64,000 bases of DNA from Camelus ferus (lineage: Eukaryota). The stretch is from NCBI RefSeq assembly GCF_009834535.1, contig NC_045696.1:121150001-121214000 (forward strand), given 5' to 3'. Under the pieces are notes generated by a model. It did not search any database. It saw only the letters and a list, made by a program, of their open reading frames with translations, and was not told the origin of the DNA. Both the position numbers and the translations under genes were made by a program. The number at the start of each line of letters is the position of its first letter. The first letter of the stretch is position 1. Positions 13,776 through 26,784 of the stretch are shown here, in pieces.

Positions 13776-16650
13776 ACCGCCCAAATTAATAAAATCAGAA
13801 AAAGGGTAAGTTACAACCGACACCACAGAAATACAAGGGATCTTAAGTGGCTACTATAAACAACTGTACACCAACAAAAAGGACTACGTAGAAGAAATGG
13901 ACAATTTCTTAGAAAGATACAGTTTGTCAAGACTAAACCAGGAAGAAGTAGACAATATGAATAGACCAATTACCAGTACTGAAATCAAATCAGTAATTTA
14001 AAAATCTCCCAACAAACAAAAGTCCAGGATCAGATGGTTTCATAGGTGAATTCTACCGAACATTTAGAGAAGTTAACACTTCTCCTTCTGAAACTATTCC
14101 AAAAACTTGCAGAGGAACTTCCAAACTCATTCTATGAGGCCACCATCACCCTGATATCAAAACCAGACAAATATATCACAAAAAAAGAAAATTACAGGGC
14201 AATATCACTTATGAATAGAGATGCAAAAACCCTCAACAAAATACTAGCAGATCAACTCCAACACTGCATTAAAAGGATCACACACCATAATCAAGTGAGG
14301 TTTATCCCAGGGATGCAGGGATTCTTCAGTATTTGCAAATCAGTGTGATGCACCACATTAACAAATTAAGATTTAAAAACCATATGATCACCTCAACAGA
14401 TGCAGAAAAGCTTTTGATAAAATTCAACATCCATTTATGATCAAAACTCTCCAGAAAGTGGGCAGAGATGGAGCATACCTCAACATAACAAAGGCCATAT
14501 ATGACAAACCCACAGCTAACATCATACGTAACAGGGAAAAGCTGAAAGCATTTCCTCTAAGATCAGGAACAAGACAAGGATGCCCACTCTCACCACTTTT
14601 GTTCAACATAGTTTTGGAAGTCCTAGCAACAGCAATCAGAGAAGAAAAAGAAGAAAAAGGAATCCAGATTGGAGACAAAGAAGTAAACCTGTCATTGTCT
14701 GCAGATGACATGATAGTATACACAGAAAATCCTTAGACACTACCAGAAAACTACTAGAACTCATCAATGAATTTGGTAAAGCTGCAGGATACAAAATTAA
14801 TATACAGAAATTAGTTGCATTTCTATACACTAATAATAAAATAGCAGAAAAAGAAATTAAGGAAACAATACCATTTCCCATCGCACCAAAAAGAATAAAA
14901 TACCTAGGAATAAACCTACCCAAGGAGGCAAAAGACTTCTACTCCGAAAACTCTTAAGACACTGATGAAAGAAACTGAAGAAGACATAAACAAATGGAAT
15001 GATATACTGTGTTCTTGGACTGGAAGAATCAATACTGTTAAAATGGCCATACTGCCCAACGCAATTTACAGATTCAATGCAGCCCCTATCAAGTTACCAA
15101 TGACATTCTTCACAGGGCTGGAACAAAAAATGTTAAAATTTATATGGAAACACAAAAGACCTTGAATAGCCAAAACAATCTTAAAAAAGAAGAATGGAGC
15201 TGAGGGCATCATGCTCCCTGACTTCAGATTATACTACAAAGCTACAGTAATCAAAATAGTATGGTACTGCCACAAAAATACACATAGATCAATGGAACAG
15301 AATAGAAAGTCCAGAAATAAACTTACACACTTTTGGTCAATTAATCTACCACAAAGGAGGCAAGACTACACAATGAAGAAAAGACATTCTCTTCAATAAG
15401 TGGTGCTAGGAAAACTGGACAGCTACATGCAAAAGACTGAAATTAGAACATTGTCTATCACTATATACAAAAATAAGCTCAAAATGGATTAAAGACTTAA
15501 ATGTAAAACCAGCTATTATAAAATTCCTAGAGGAAAACAAAGGCAGAACACTCTTGGACATAAATCACAGCAACACATTTTCTGAACCACCTCCTAGAGT
15601 AATGGAAATAGAAGCAAAAATAAACAAATGGCATCTAATTAAGCTTAACAGCTTTTGCACAGCAAAGGAAACCACTAACAAAACGAAAAGACAACCTACA
15701 GAATGGGAGAAAATATTAAAAAATGATGCGACCAACAAGGGACTAATTTCTAAAATATACAAACAGCTCATACATCTTAACATCAAAAAAACAAGCAACC
15801 CACTCCAAAAATGGGCAGAAGACATAAACAAGCAATTCTCCAATGAAGACATACAAATGGTCAATAGGCACACAAAAAAATGCTCAGCATCATTAATTAT
15901 CAGAGAAACACAGATCAAAAGGTAAATGAGATACCACCTTACACCAGCCAGAATGGCCATCATTCAAAAGTCTACAACAATAAATGCTGGAGAGGGTGTG
16001 GAGAAAAAGTAACTCTCCTACACTGTTGGTGGGAGTCTAGACTGGTGCAGTCACTATGGAGGACAGTATGGAGGTTCCTTAAAAAACTAGAAATAGACTT
16101 ACCCTATGATCCAGCAATCCCACTCCTGGGCATATATCCAGAGAAAAATAAAATTTAAAAAGACACATGCACCTCAATGTTCAGAGCAGCACTATTTACA
16201 ATAGCCGAGACATGGAAACAACCTATATGTCCACTGACAGATGACTGGAGAAAGAAGACGTGGTATGTTTATACAATGGAATACTATTCAGCCATAAAAA
16301 AGAATCAAATAATGCCATTTGCAGCAACATGGGTGGACCCAGAGATCGTCATTCTAAGTGAAGTAAGCCAGAAAGAGAAAGAAAAACACCATATGATATC
16401 ACTCATATGTGGAATCAAAAAAAAAAAAAAGCTACACTATGAACTAATCTACAAAACAGAAACAGACTGGCAGACTTAATATACAATCTTATGGGGATGG
16501 GAAGGGGTAAATTTGAGATTTATAAATGTTAGCCACTACATATAATGATAGATTAAAGAAAAAGTTTCTTCTGTAGAGCACAGGGAACTATGTTCAACAT
16601 CTTGTAATAACCTTTAATGGAAAAAAAATATGAAAATAAGTATATATATA
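13776..16650 (+). mobile_element. 5'-truncated LINE-1 (ORF2 RT and Cys-rich regions plus part of the 3' UTR), degenerate
   Basis: ORF2 peptides [58 protein letters not shown]; probable TSD aaaaagaggccc (13763) / aaaaaggaggccc (16651). Confidence 0.95.
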
Positions 16651-17407
16651 AAAAAGGAGGCCCCACTCTCCCCGACTCTGCTGCCAATCTGTTCCACTCC
16701 ATTCCAAAATAAATCAAAGGCTGAGGCCCCAGGAGCTGTGTGCAAAGACCCACACGTGACAGCAGGCGGTAGTGATGAGGGACTGAGGATGTATCTGCCT
16801 GCATTACGGAAACAGACGCTGGCGTCCACCTGGTTTCTGTGGGCTCAGTCCTGGTGATCCTGACACACCCCAGAGCAACCGTGGGCCACTGTTCATTTTC
16901 AAGGGGCTCCCGGGCAGAACGCTCCTGGGACACAGGCTGCAGACTTGTCAGATGACAGAGACAAGAGTGAGGCTCGTAGAGAAGCTCCTGACAGGCTGTG
17001 AACGCAGTGCTAAAAATGTCTCAGGGTTACCTTAGGGCCACCTTAGGGACAAGGATCACAGCAGTACAAACTGCTTCTAATGTAACCGCTTCCTAGTGTT
17101 GTTAAGGACCACCAACCACCAGACTCCACGACAGTCTCAAAAGAACTTCAGGGCACTGCTCGGGCGACTCTGACACGGACGCGGGCCCGGCGCTGGGTCC
17201 CACTCAGAGAAGCGCGCACCGCAGCGCCAGAGCCGTGACCTGACAAGGACGCTTCGCCCGCGGGCAGCAGCAGCAGGGTCAGAGCCCTGAGCGGGCACAG
17301 CGGCGCCTGCTGCTGGCGCTCCCTGACTTAGAATCCTGTGCTTCTTTCTCATGTGGTTTTTAATATACGAGGGAAACAAAAGGAACAGAGAGCTGTGACG
17401 CGACCTA

Positions 17408-17554
<147 letters not shown>

Positions 17555-17857
17555 CTACCAGATCTCAGAAACGTTAGGAGAGTTTCTTCTGCCATCATAA
17601 CCATTAGACCTGCCAATAATAAAATAATAAAGTCGTTCAGCAAACGTACTAAACGTACGTGGGCTGAACCACGAAGTGCCCCCCACGAAGCACCTGGTGC
17701 CGGTGAGGCCGGCGCGCTTGGGCCTCCAGAGGCCAGCCTGGTGCTGCCAGGTGGGTGGCTCCTGAGCCAACAGTGCTCAGACTGCTAGTTACACGGCTCT
17801 GAAGGTTCTCGGCTGTTCTTGTGAATAACAGTGTATTAAGATAAATATCCTATTTCA

Positions 17858-17995
17858 GGGGGAGGGTATATAGCTCAAGGGGTAGAGCACATGCTTAGCA
17901 TGCACGAGGTCCTGGGTCCAATGCCCGGTACTGCCTTTAAAAAAATAAATAAACCTAATTACCTCCCCCGCAAAATTAAAAAATATATGTATATT
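17858..17995 (+). mobile_element. Vic-1-like SINE
   Basis: A-box tagctcaaggggt, body gcttagcatgcacgaggtcctggg, tail aaataaacctaattacctcccc; TSD tcctatttca. Confidence 0.9.
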
Positions 17996-18517
17996 TCCTA
18001 TTTCAAATAAGGACAATAAAAATAAGAGAATGACTTAAAAAATACTGAGGCTAGATCAAGCCATTCTCTTTTTTCCCCCATTGGAGATAAGTTACCCAAA
18101 AATAGGAACCAACATTAACATCATCAAATAAGAGATTTTTTTGAAGCCAGAACCAACGTAGTAGAGAATGTAACTGAAAGCTAATTTTTTTTGTTGTTTG
18201 TTTAAAACAGGGAGTAAAATGCTGGAGGCTTTCAGAGGGTAGTGTCCTTTAAGGGAGAGCCCAATCTGGATTTGTATGTGCAGAAAAAACCTTGAATTAA
18301 GAAAAAATAGGGGAGGTTAAAAATGACTGAATTTCTATGAGGTTGAATGACCTGAATTGCTGATATTTGACCATTTTTCACTCACAAAAGCAACAATGTC
18401 ACATGGTCTGAGCTATAGCAAAAATTAATGTGGACTTAATTTTTATACTTGTTAGTTTAATTTTATTTATTGTACCTTAAAGATGAAAAAAACATGCATT
18501 TCAAAAAACACCTTTGT

Positions 18518-18649
18518 GGGGAGGGTACAGCCCAGTGGCAGTGAGTGTGCTCAGCATGCACGAGGTCCTGGGTTCAATCCCCGGTACCTGTCAAATAAAC
18601 CTAATTACTTTCTCTCTCTCTCTTTCTCTGTCTCACACACTCATACACT

Positions 18650-18691
<42 letters not shown>

Positions 18692-18700
18692 AATAAAATA
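18518..18700 (+). mobile_element. Vic-1-like SINE with a (TC)n(CA)n microsatellite tail
   Basis: gggagggtacagcccagtgg...gcatgcacgaggtcctgggttcaatcccc; microsatellite at about 18610-18689. Confidence 0.88.
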
Positions 18701-19421
18701 AACTTTTAAAAAAAGCTTCCACTCCTAAAAAACTTTGCATTCTAGCTTGTATCAAGGCTGACTCTCACCTTTGCAACTGTATTTCACTTGAAGAGATTCA
18801 GTTCAGGTATTAAAATATCAAATCTGAACACGCCGTTCTACAGTGTACTTGTCAGACTTAAGTTCAAGAGATCAGGGAGCTTTTCTGAAGTTCAAAGACA
18901 TCAAAATGCTGCTAACTACGTGAACTGATATAACATACATTGCCAAGTCTTTTTGACATCCCATGGATTAGGCAAAATACCTTCGACTTTTTGGTAAGAA
19001 TCTTCACATCAAGGTGCTGTGGTCACTTTTCCACTTCAGGCTGCATTTTCTCAACTTACCCTATCTCAGCAAGAGTCTAGCTATTCTTCACTTAATAAAA
19101 CGCCAGCCTACCATCAGTGAACTTCATATTTTAAAAGTTCATTTATTTATTTGGAGTGGCTTTTTCGAATGTGAAACTCTCTGTACCTTAAAAACAAAAG
19201 CATCCCTCCCTCTCTCATGGATACAAAGAGTTCCCTACAGTTCCCTCCACTTAAAAAAGAAAAAGACTTGTTTGCCCCTAGTGACTAAATCCGATAGTTT
19301 TATATTTAAAAATAAGCGTTTGGGACTTTGTATTGTGAATTCAGCTTTATCGAAAGGGCTGACATTAAACAAATCACACATTTGGGTATTTCTGCCCCCC
19401 TGCCCCCCAACCTCAGATTAC

Positions 19422-19521
19422 CTGGCTTAATTACAGCATTATCTGTTACTTTAAAGATTTTCACTTTCTGTTTTGGAGGCAATCCAAGTTCCTGGTAAAA
19501 TTCCAATATAGCTGGAGATTT
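19422..19521 (-). CDS. MRPL3: MRPL3 exon 5 (100 nt; [33 protein letters not shown])
   Basis: Acceptor ttttcctcCAG, donor CAG|GTAATC; frame continuous. Confidence 0.97.
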
Positions 19522-20449
19522 CTGGAGGAAAACAGCACACATAAGGAACACATTAAACACTGAAGGTGGAATTTCACGCACAGAGACCTAAACTGAGGTA
19601 TGTTAACACCCCAGAAAACAACGAGCACCGTGCTTCCCTGTGAACTAAGAGTGCCATATCTGCCCCTTACTTGAGGGGTGAGAACTTTGTCCGTCACACT
19701 TAGGGTCCAACAACCAGCAGAGTGTGGCTCGTCTAGAGCATTTGGGGCAAGACTGTTTCACAGGAGAAGGAATAAACTTGTGCTCGTATGTGAACTTTGA
19801 CTGGAGACCATGTGTCTGAGGAACCTGATCGTGGGAACCGCACCTGTCTCCTCCACACCTGCATCCAGACCTCCAGGTGGGTCCTGGTGTGGCCCAGCCA
19901 ACCCACCCCCGATTGAATCCCTCACCCCTCCAAGGCAGCTCTGTCACATCCTCTTGAAACCTCATCACTGTCCCCTCCGCCCCCCTGAGCTGATCACGCT
20001 GCTTCTCATCTCACTGCACACACAGAAGCAGGAGCACTTCCCCAGGTTTCACCACCAAATTAGTTGAGTGCTGGCACCAGCCTTCCACATTGTTGCCTGC
20101 CCACCCCACGCCAGGCCGCACGGGAGGTCCGAGGGGAGCTTGCAGACAACACCGATACTGGGCCCTCAGCTTGGAGGCTGGGGGTCACCGGTCAAGGTGG
20201 CACCCGGGCGTCAGGGCTTGGAAGCACTCCCCGTGGTCATGATGTGAAGCCGGGGCTGGGAATCACCACAGAGAACTGTCCACACTCTTACTAAAGCCAC
20301 ACCTTCACTGAGTGCTGACTCCCACCCTGTCACCTAGTAGATGGCTTTACTCCTAAAACTGTCCCCATCATCTTCTGACCAACAGTTGCCCCCTTCTCAC
20401 TGGAACTTTCCTACCAGTATACAAAAAATTACAGGCACTCAAATTAAAA

Positions 20450-21280
20450 CTCCTTGGCCACAGAGACTCCTTCAGCTCCCCTCTGACAGTACTCCATGAA
20501 AAACGTGATCAGTCTCCCCTCTCTCGCCTCCTCCTCTCAGACCTACTTGCGGCTTTCAGCCCCTAAGCTCAATGCTGTCAAGTACTGGTCCAGGTTGCAC
20601 AAGCTCTCCATGTGGTCAACACTCACTTTTGTGGCTCCGTGAGCAGTGCTGGTGCAGGAGACCACCCTCCCAGAGAGGCCTCCACCAGCCTCCAGCCACT
20701 GCTTCCAGTGCTCACACAAGTTAATGACCCACTTTTCTAACTTCCGTCCCCAATTCTACTCTGAACCACAAAAATCTAACCGCCAACTCAGTGTTTCCCT
20801 CTGATGTCCCATGACACAAGCTGCAGACGTAAAATCAAACTCCACAAGCCCCCGCCCCAGCCAAGCCTGCCCTCCCCTTGTCTTCCAAATCTCACCCAAC
20901 AGCAGCTCTGCACTTCTGTTAAGACCCAAATCCTACAATCACCTGTGACTCTTTCCTTTCTCACATCCCATGTCCACCCATCAGCCGTTCCCAAAGACTC
21001 CACTTCAACCACGTCCCAGCCCTGCCCTGCCGGCCAGCCTGTTTGGATCATTTCAACAGGCCCCAGAGAGGTCTGCAAACCTCCACACTCCAGACCCCCA
21101 GTCTGCCCTGCAATCACGGGCTGCACCAATCTCCACGAGGGCCCCCCCAGTGCAGAATCGATACCCAAGTCCTCACTGCGCGTTACAAGGTTCCACACGG
21201 CCTGACCTCATCCACCCCTCCTCCTGACCAGTCTAAAACACATTAAACAAAGGCCTCGCATCCTCTGCACATGCTGGGCC
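20450..21280. mobile_element. Degenerate L2 LINE segment(s)
   Basis: Pyrimidine-rich L2-like motifs (ctctttcctttctcacatcccatgtccacccatcagc); boundaries approximate. Confidence 0.45.
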
Positions 21281-21664
21281 CCTGCCAGCAACCCGACTCG
21301 GCCAGGTTTTCCCGCTCTCTCCTTTTCCTCTCCATGGTCTTAAACTGCCTACGCTGTTTACAACTGTAGAAAATGTTTGCCTCACTTTTTTAAAAAAGGG
21401 CAAAAAGGAAACATTTCTATTCTTTTCCAGGATTTCAATTTTCTCCCCCAGTAAGGTGTGGACGCTATATTTAATACGTACATGCATATCCAACAAGTCT
21501 GTCCTGTGTAAGTTCCTGTCACCTCTACCCACTGTAGATGGGAGATTTTTTTTTTAAGAGTGTGTTTTTATTAAGAAAAATTTCAAACATATAAAATGAA
21601 TGTTGATATCCAGAGTAAATAACTATCAAAATTTGGCCAGATTTATAGGTGTTTTAAATTTTTT

Positions 21665-22235
21665 CTTCCATATTTATTGAGATATAATTGACATACAGCA
21701 CTGTATAAATTTAAGGGGTACAGAATAACGATCTTGTATCATAAAATGATGAGCACAGTAAGTTTATGAACAGCCATCACCTCATACAGATAAATAAATT
21801 AAAGAAAAAGGACTTTTCCTTTGTGATGAGAACTCTTAGAATTTCTCTCTTAACAACTCAGGTGCAAACATACAGCAGTGCTGGTTACGTTTACTATGTT
21901 GTGCACTACATCCCCAGGCTCATTCATCCTACAACTGGAAGTCTCCCACCACCTGCCTCTGGTAACCACAAATCTGATGTCTTTTCAGATGAGTTTGCTT
22001 GTTCATCTGTTTTTAAAGTGTAATGACTGTGACACCATGTAGCTCCTGGTGCACAACACAGTGATTCGATATTTCCATACATTTCAAACTGATCCCTGCG
22101 GTAAGTGTGGTCACCACCCTAGTTACTACTTAGTTACTGACTGTAGCCCCACCTGCACACTCCATCCTTGCGACTCATTTATCCTGCGACTGGCAGTTCA
22201 CACCTCTTCCCCTCCCTCCCCTAGTTCTCCCCCAG
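21665..22235 (-). mobile_element. Two adjacent older L1 3'-end fragments
   Basis: tttattgagatataattgacatacagcactg...tctggtaaccacaaatctgat, then a second copy from about 22010. Confidence 0.7.
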
Positions 22236-23367
22236 CCCCGCCAGGTTCTTACATGACTTGCTCCCTCACTTTTTCCAGGTCTCCATCCAAGTATCTACTC
22301 ACCTTTCCTGATTATTCTACTAACAGCAACACTTTCTGTCACGTGTAATACCCTCAGCCTACTTCACTCACCTTCCAAGCACCCCTATGTGTGCACCTTA
22401 ACTGTTTCTCTTCTGTGCAGCAGCCTCCCTGCCTCAACCCAAACCCATGTAAGCTGCTTAGAGCAGAGGCTTTGCGGCTTCTCTGTTTACCATCACTCTG
22501 TTTCCTGCTATCGTAAATATCCTTGAATAGAACCTTTATATATTTTCTTATCATAATGTGCTGGTATCTTTTCGTCTTTTTAAAATTCTTCCAACTCTTG
22601 ACATAGATCACTATGAGACTTGGCAAGAAAGCTGCACCACTCCACACTTCCATACGGGGAGAGCCTCCCTCGTCAGATTCTAACACAGGCACGCCCTTCA
22701 CCCTCAGCCCCTCTAACTGTAAGTGAGCGCCTGCAGGGCCCAGTGACCACAGAACTCCGAGTGCTTCCCTGGGTCTCCTAGGCCAGTCTCTTGGCCCATC
22801 ATCTCCTCTCTGCTCTGTGCTTCCAAAGGTCATTAAAATCATTAATACATGTCTAGTCCCAGCTCTGGTGAGCAGCCCCACTTATCTGCAGAGCATATTT
22901 GAATATGCAGCAAACTTCAGGTACTTGCTGAGTTCAGTCTGAAATAAGAACTGCTCGTGCCCCTTTATAACTTACTGAATAGGTTACCTTTAGCTGCCGT
23001 GAAATCGGGTGGCACTGGCTCGTAAGCAGAGAACTTTAACACCTGGGTCAGCCCACAGCCCCCGAGACTCTCCCTGGGGGCCCGCTGGGGCTGTGCACCA
23101 CATGCTGAGTAGCTTTGCTGTGGACGCCCACGGAGGACTGTCCTCTATCGCACGGCATTCCCTCGGGAGCCCACCGCTTCCTCCAAGAGTGGTATCATAA
23201 ATTCACTCCCGTTATCCGCTATGGTTCACTTCCCGAGTGCTGAAATCTAACACTGGTATGCAGCATCACTCATACCAAGGCCCTGCTTTTCATCTTCAAT
23301 CATATCCACTTCTGCCATAACAAAGGCACACAGAAAAGTTTTCATTAAAAAATGCAGCTCCTTGAAA

Positions 23368-26300
23368 AAGAAATAATAGAAATCCAAATCGGAAGGGAAG
23401 AAGTAACGCTGTCACTGTTTGCAGATAAACTGTCACTGTTTGCAGATGGCATGATGCTATATATAGAAAATCCTTAAGATGCCACCAAAAAACTATCAGA
23501 TTAAAGGAATTCAGTAAAGTGGTAGCATACATTAAGAGACAGAAATCTGTTGTGTTTGTACACACAAAAATGAACTATCAGAAAGAGAAACTAAGAAACA
23601 ATCCCATTTACCACTGCATCAAAAAGAATAAAAGGAGGCAAGAACATACAATGGAGTAAAGAGTCTCTTCAGCAAGCGGTGTTGGGAAAACTGAAGCGAC
23701 ATGTAAATCAATGAAGTTAGAACACTCCCTCACACCACACACACAAATAAACTCCAAATGGCTTAAAGACTTAAATATAAGACACTATCAAACCTCAAGA
23801 AGAGAACATAGGTAAAACATTCTCTGACATAAACTGAAGTAATGTTCTTCCTAGGTCAGTCTCCCAAGACAATAGAAATAAAAGCAAAAATAAACAAATG
23901 GCACCTAATTAAACTTACAAGCTTTTGCATAGTAAAGGAAACCATAAACAAAATGAAAAGACAATCTACCAACTGAGGAAAAATATCTGCAAAGGACACG
24001 ACTGACAAGGGCTTAATTTCCATATAAACAGCTCATACAGCTCAGTAACAACAACAACAACAAAAAAAAAAAATTAAAAAATGGACAGATCTAAACAGAC
24101 GTTTCTCCAAAGAAGACAGCCAGATGGCCAATAGGCCCATGAAAAAATGCTCAATATCACTAACTATCAGAGAAATGCAAATCAAAACTACAATGAGGTA
24201 TCACCTCACACCAGTCAGAATGGCCATCATTCAAAAGTCCACAAATGACAAATGCTGGGGAGGGTGTGGAGAAAAGGGAACCCTCCTACACTGTTGGTGG
24301 GAATGAAGTTTGTCACAGTCACTATGGAAAACAGTAAAAAAGGTCCTTAAAAAACTAAAAACAGACTTACCATATGATCTAGCAAACCCTCTTGGCCACA
24401 TATCCAGAGGGAACTCTAATTCATAAACAGCAGCACTATTTACAATAGTCACAACACAGATGCAACCTAAATGTCCATTGACAGGTGACTGGATAAAGAA
24501 GTTGTGGTATATTTATACAGTGAAATACTATTCAGCCTTAAAAAAAGAATGAAATAATGCCATTTGCAGCAATATGGATGGACCTAGAGATCGTCAAACT
24601 AAGTGAAATCAGACAGAGAAAAACATATATCATGTGATTTCACTTACATGTGGAATATAAAAAAAAAAGACACAAATGAATTTATTTAAAAAACAGAAAG
24701 AGACTCACAGACATAGAAAACAAACTCACGATTACCAAAGGGGAAGTGAGGGAGGGATAAATTAAAAGTCTGGGATTAGCAGATACAAACTATTATATAT
24801 AAAATAAACAACAAGGTCCTACTGGATAGTACAGGGAACTATATTCAATACCTTGTAATGACCTATAATGAAAAAGTGTATGTATAACTGAATCACTGTG
24901 CTGTACACCAGAAACTAACACAACATTATAAATGAACTATACTTTGATTTAAAAACAAAGAATAAAATGCCTAGGAATAATTTTAACCAAGAAGGTAAAA
25001 GAGCTATACTTGGAAAACTGTTAAGATATTGATGAAAGAAATTGAAGATGAAACAAAGAGATGAAAAGATATACTGTGTCCATGGACTGGAAGAATACTG
25101 TTAAAATGATCACACTACCCAAGGCAGTCTACAGATTCAATGCAATCCCTATTAAAATACCAATGGCATTGTTCACAGAACCAGAATAAATAATCCCAAG
25201 TTTATATGGAATCACCAAAGACCCAGAATAGCCAAAACAATCTTGAGAGAAAGAGCAAAGCTGGAGGTTATCACACTCCCTGACTTCAAACTACACTACA
25301 AAGCTACAGTAATCAAAACAGTATGGTTCTGACACAAAAATAAGACATATAGATCAATGAAACAGAACACAGAGCCCAGAAATAAAATCATGCTTAATGG
25401 TCAATGAATCCATGACAAAGGAGGCAAGAATATATGATAGAGAAAAGATAGTCTCTTCCATAAATGGTGCTGGGAAAACTGGACAGCTACATGAGAAAGA
25501 AACAAAATGGAACACTGTCTCACTTCATACACAAAAATAAACTCAAAATGGATTAATGTCTTAAATGTAACACTTCTGAAGCCATAAAACTCCTAGAAGA
25601 AAACACAGCCAGTACCACCTCTGACACTGGTCTTAGCAAAACTTTTTTGAATCAGTCTCCTCAGGCAAGGGAAACAAAAGTAGAAATAAATGAGACACCA
25701 AACAAAAAAGCTTTTGCACAGTGAAGGAAACTATCAACAAGATGAAAAGGCTGCCTACTAAGTGGGAGAAGGTAACAGCAAATGATAGATATGATAAATA
25801 CATATATATGTATGTATACACAAAGAACTCATACAACTCAACATCAAAAAAAAAAAACCCAAACAACCTGATAAAACAATGGGCCGAGGACTTGACTAGA
25901 CAAGGAAGACACGCAGATGACCAACAGACACATGAAAAGATGCTCAACGTCGCTGGTCAGGGAATGCAAATAAAGCTCAATGAGACAGCACCTCACACAC
26001 GGGATAAAGGCTATTATCAGTAAGACAAGAAATAATAGGTTTTGGTGAGGATATAGAGAAAAGGGAATCCTCCTACACTGCTGGTGGGAATGTAAATTGC
26101 TGCAGCCATTATGGAAAACATGACAGAGGTTTCTCAAAAAACTAAAAGCAGAACTACCACATGATCCAACAATTTCACTTTTGGGTATCTACCTGAAGAA
26201 AACAAAACACTAATTCAAAGACAAATGCACTCCCATGTTCACTGCAGCACTATTTACAACAGCCAAGACACAGCAACCTAGTGTTCACACACAGATGACT

Positions 26301-26784
26301 GGATAAAGAAGATGTGGTACATAAGCACAATGGAATATTACTCAGCCGTAACAGGAATACAGTCTTGCCATCTATGACCACATGGATGGATCGAGAGGGC
26401 ATTACGCTAAGTGAAGTAAGTCAGACAAAGACAAATACTATATTATTTCACTTATATGTGGAATCTAAGAAACAAATAAACAAATGTAACAAAAGAGAGA
26501 CAGATTCATAGATATGGAGAACAAACAGGTAGGCACAGGGGGAATGAGGGAAATAGGGGAGGGAGATGAAGAAGCACAAACCTCCAGTTACCAAAAGAAC
26601 GAGGCCCAGGTATGAACTCTACAGTGCGGGGAATACAGCCAATAACTAAATGACATCTTCGTGTGGTGACAGATCGTAACTAGACTTACTGCAGGGACCA
26701 CTGAATAAACTACAGAAATATCAGGTCACTATACTGTGCATCCACAACTAAGAGTAGGTCAATTATATATCAATAAATGTTTTG
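23368..26784 (+). mobile_element. Older 5'-truncated LINE-1 (outer element) interrupted by a younger L1
   Basis: ORF2 remnants from SLFAD onward and a complete older-type 3' UTR; perfect 19-bp TSD aaaatgcagctccttgaaa at 23349-23367 and 26785-26803. Confidence 0.92.
23634..24956 (+). mobile_element. Younger 5'-truncated LINE-1 nested in the ORF2 of the outer L1
   Basis: ORF2 C-terminus ([20 protein letters not shown]) plus 3' UTR ending acaccagaaactaacacaac; TSD aaagaataaaa at 23623-23633 and 24957-24967. Confidence 0.9.

Noticed and set aside
14046..16479. Reverse transcriptase-like ORFs as an active retroelement or novel RT system
   Set aside because: Fragmented LINE-1 ORF2 with many stops and frameshifts and an altered catalytic motif (SADD instead of FADD)
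17858..17935. tRNA genes at the A-box/B-box sequences
   Set aside because: They have A-rich tails and TSDs, differ from each other and lack a full cloverleaf, so they are SINEs
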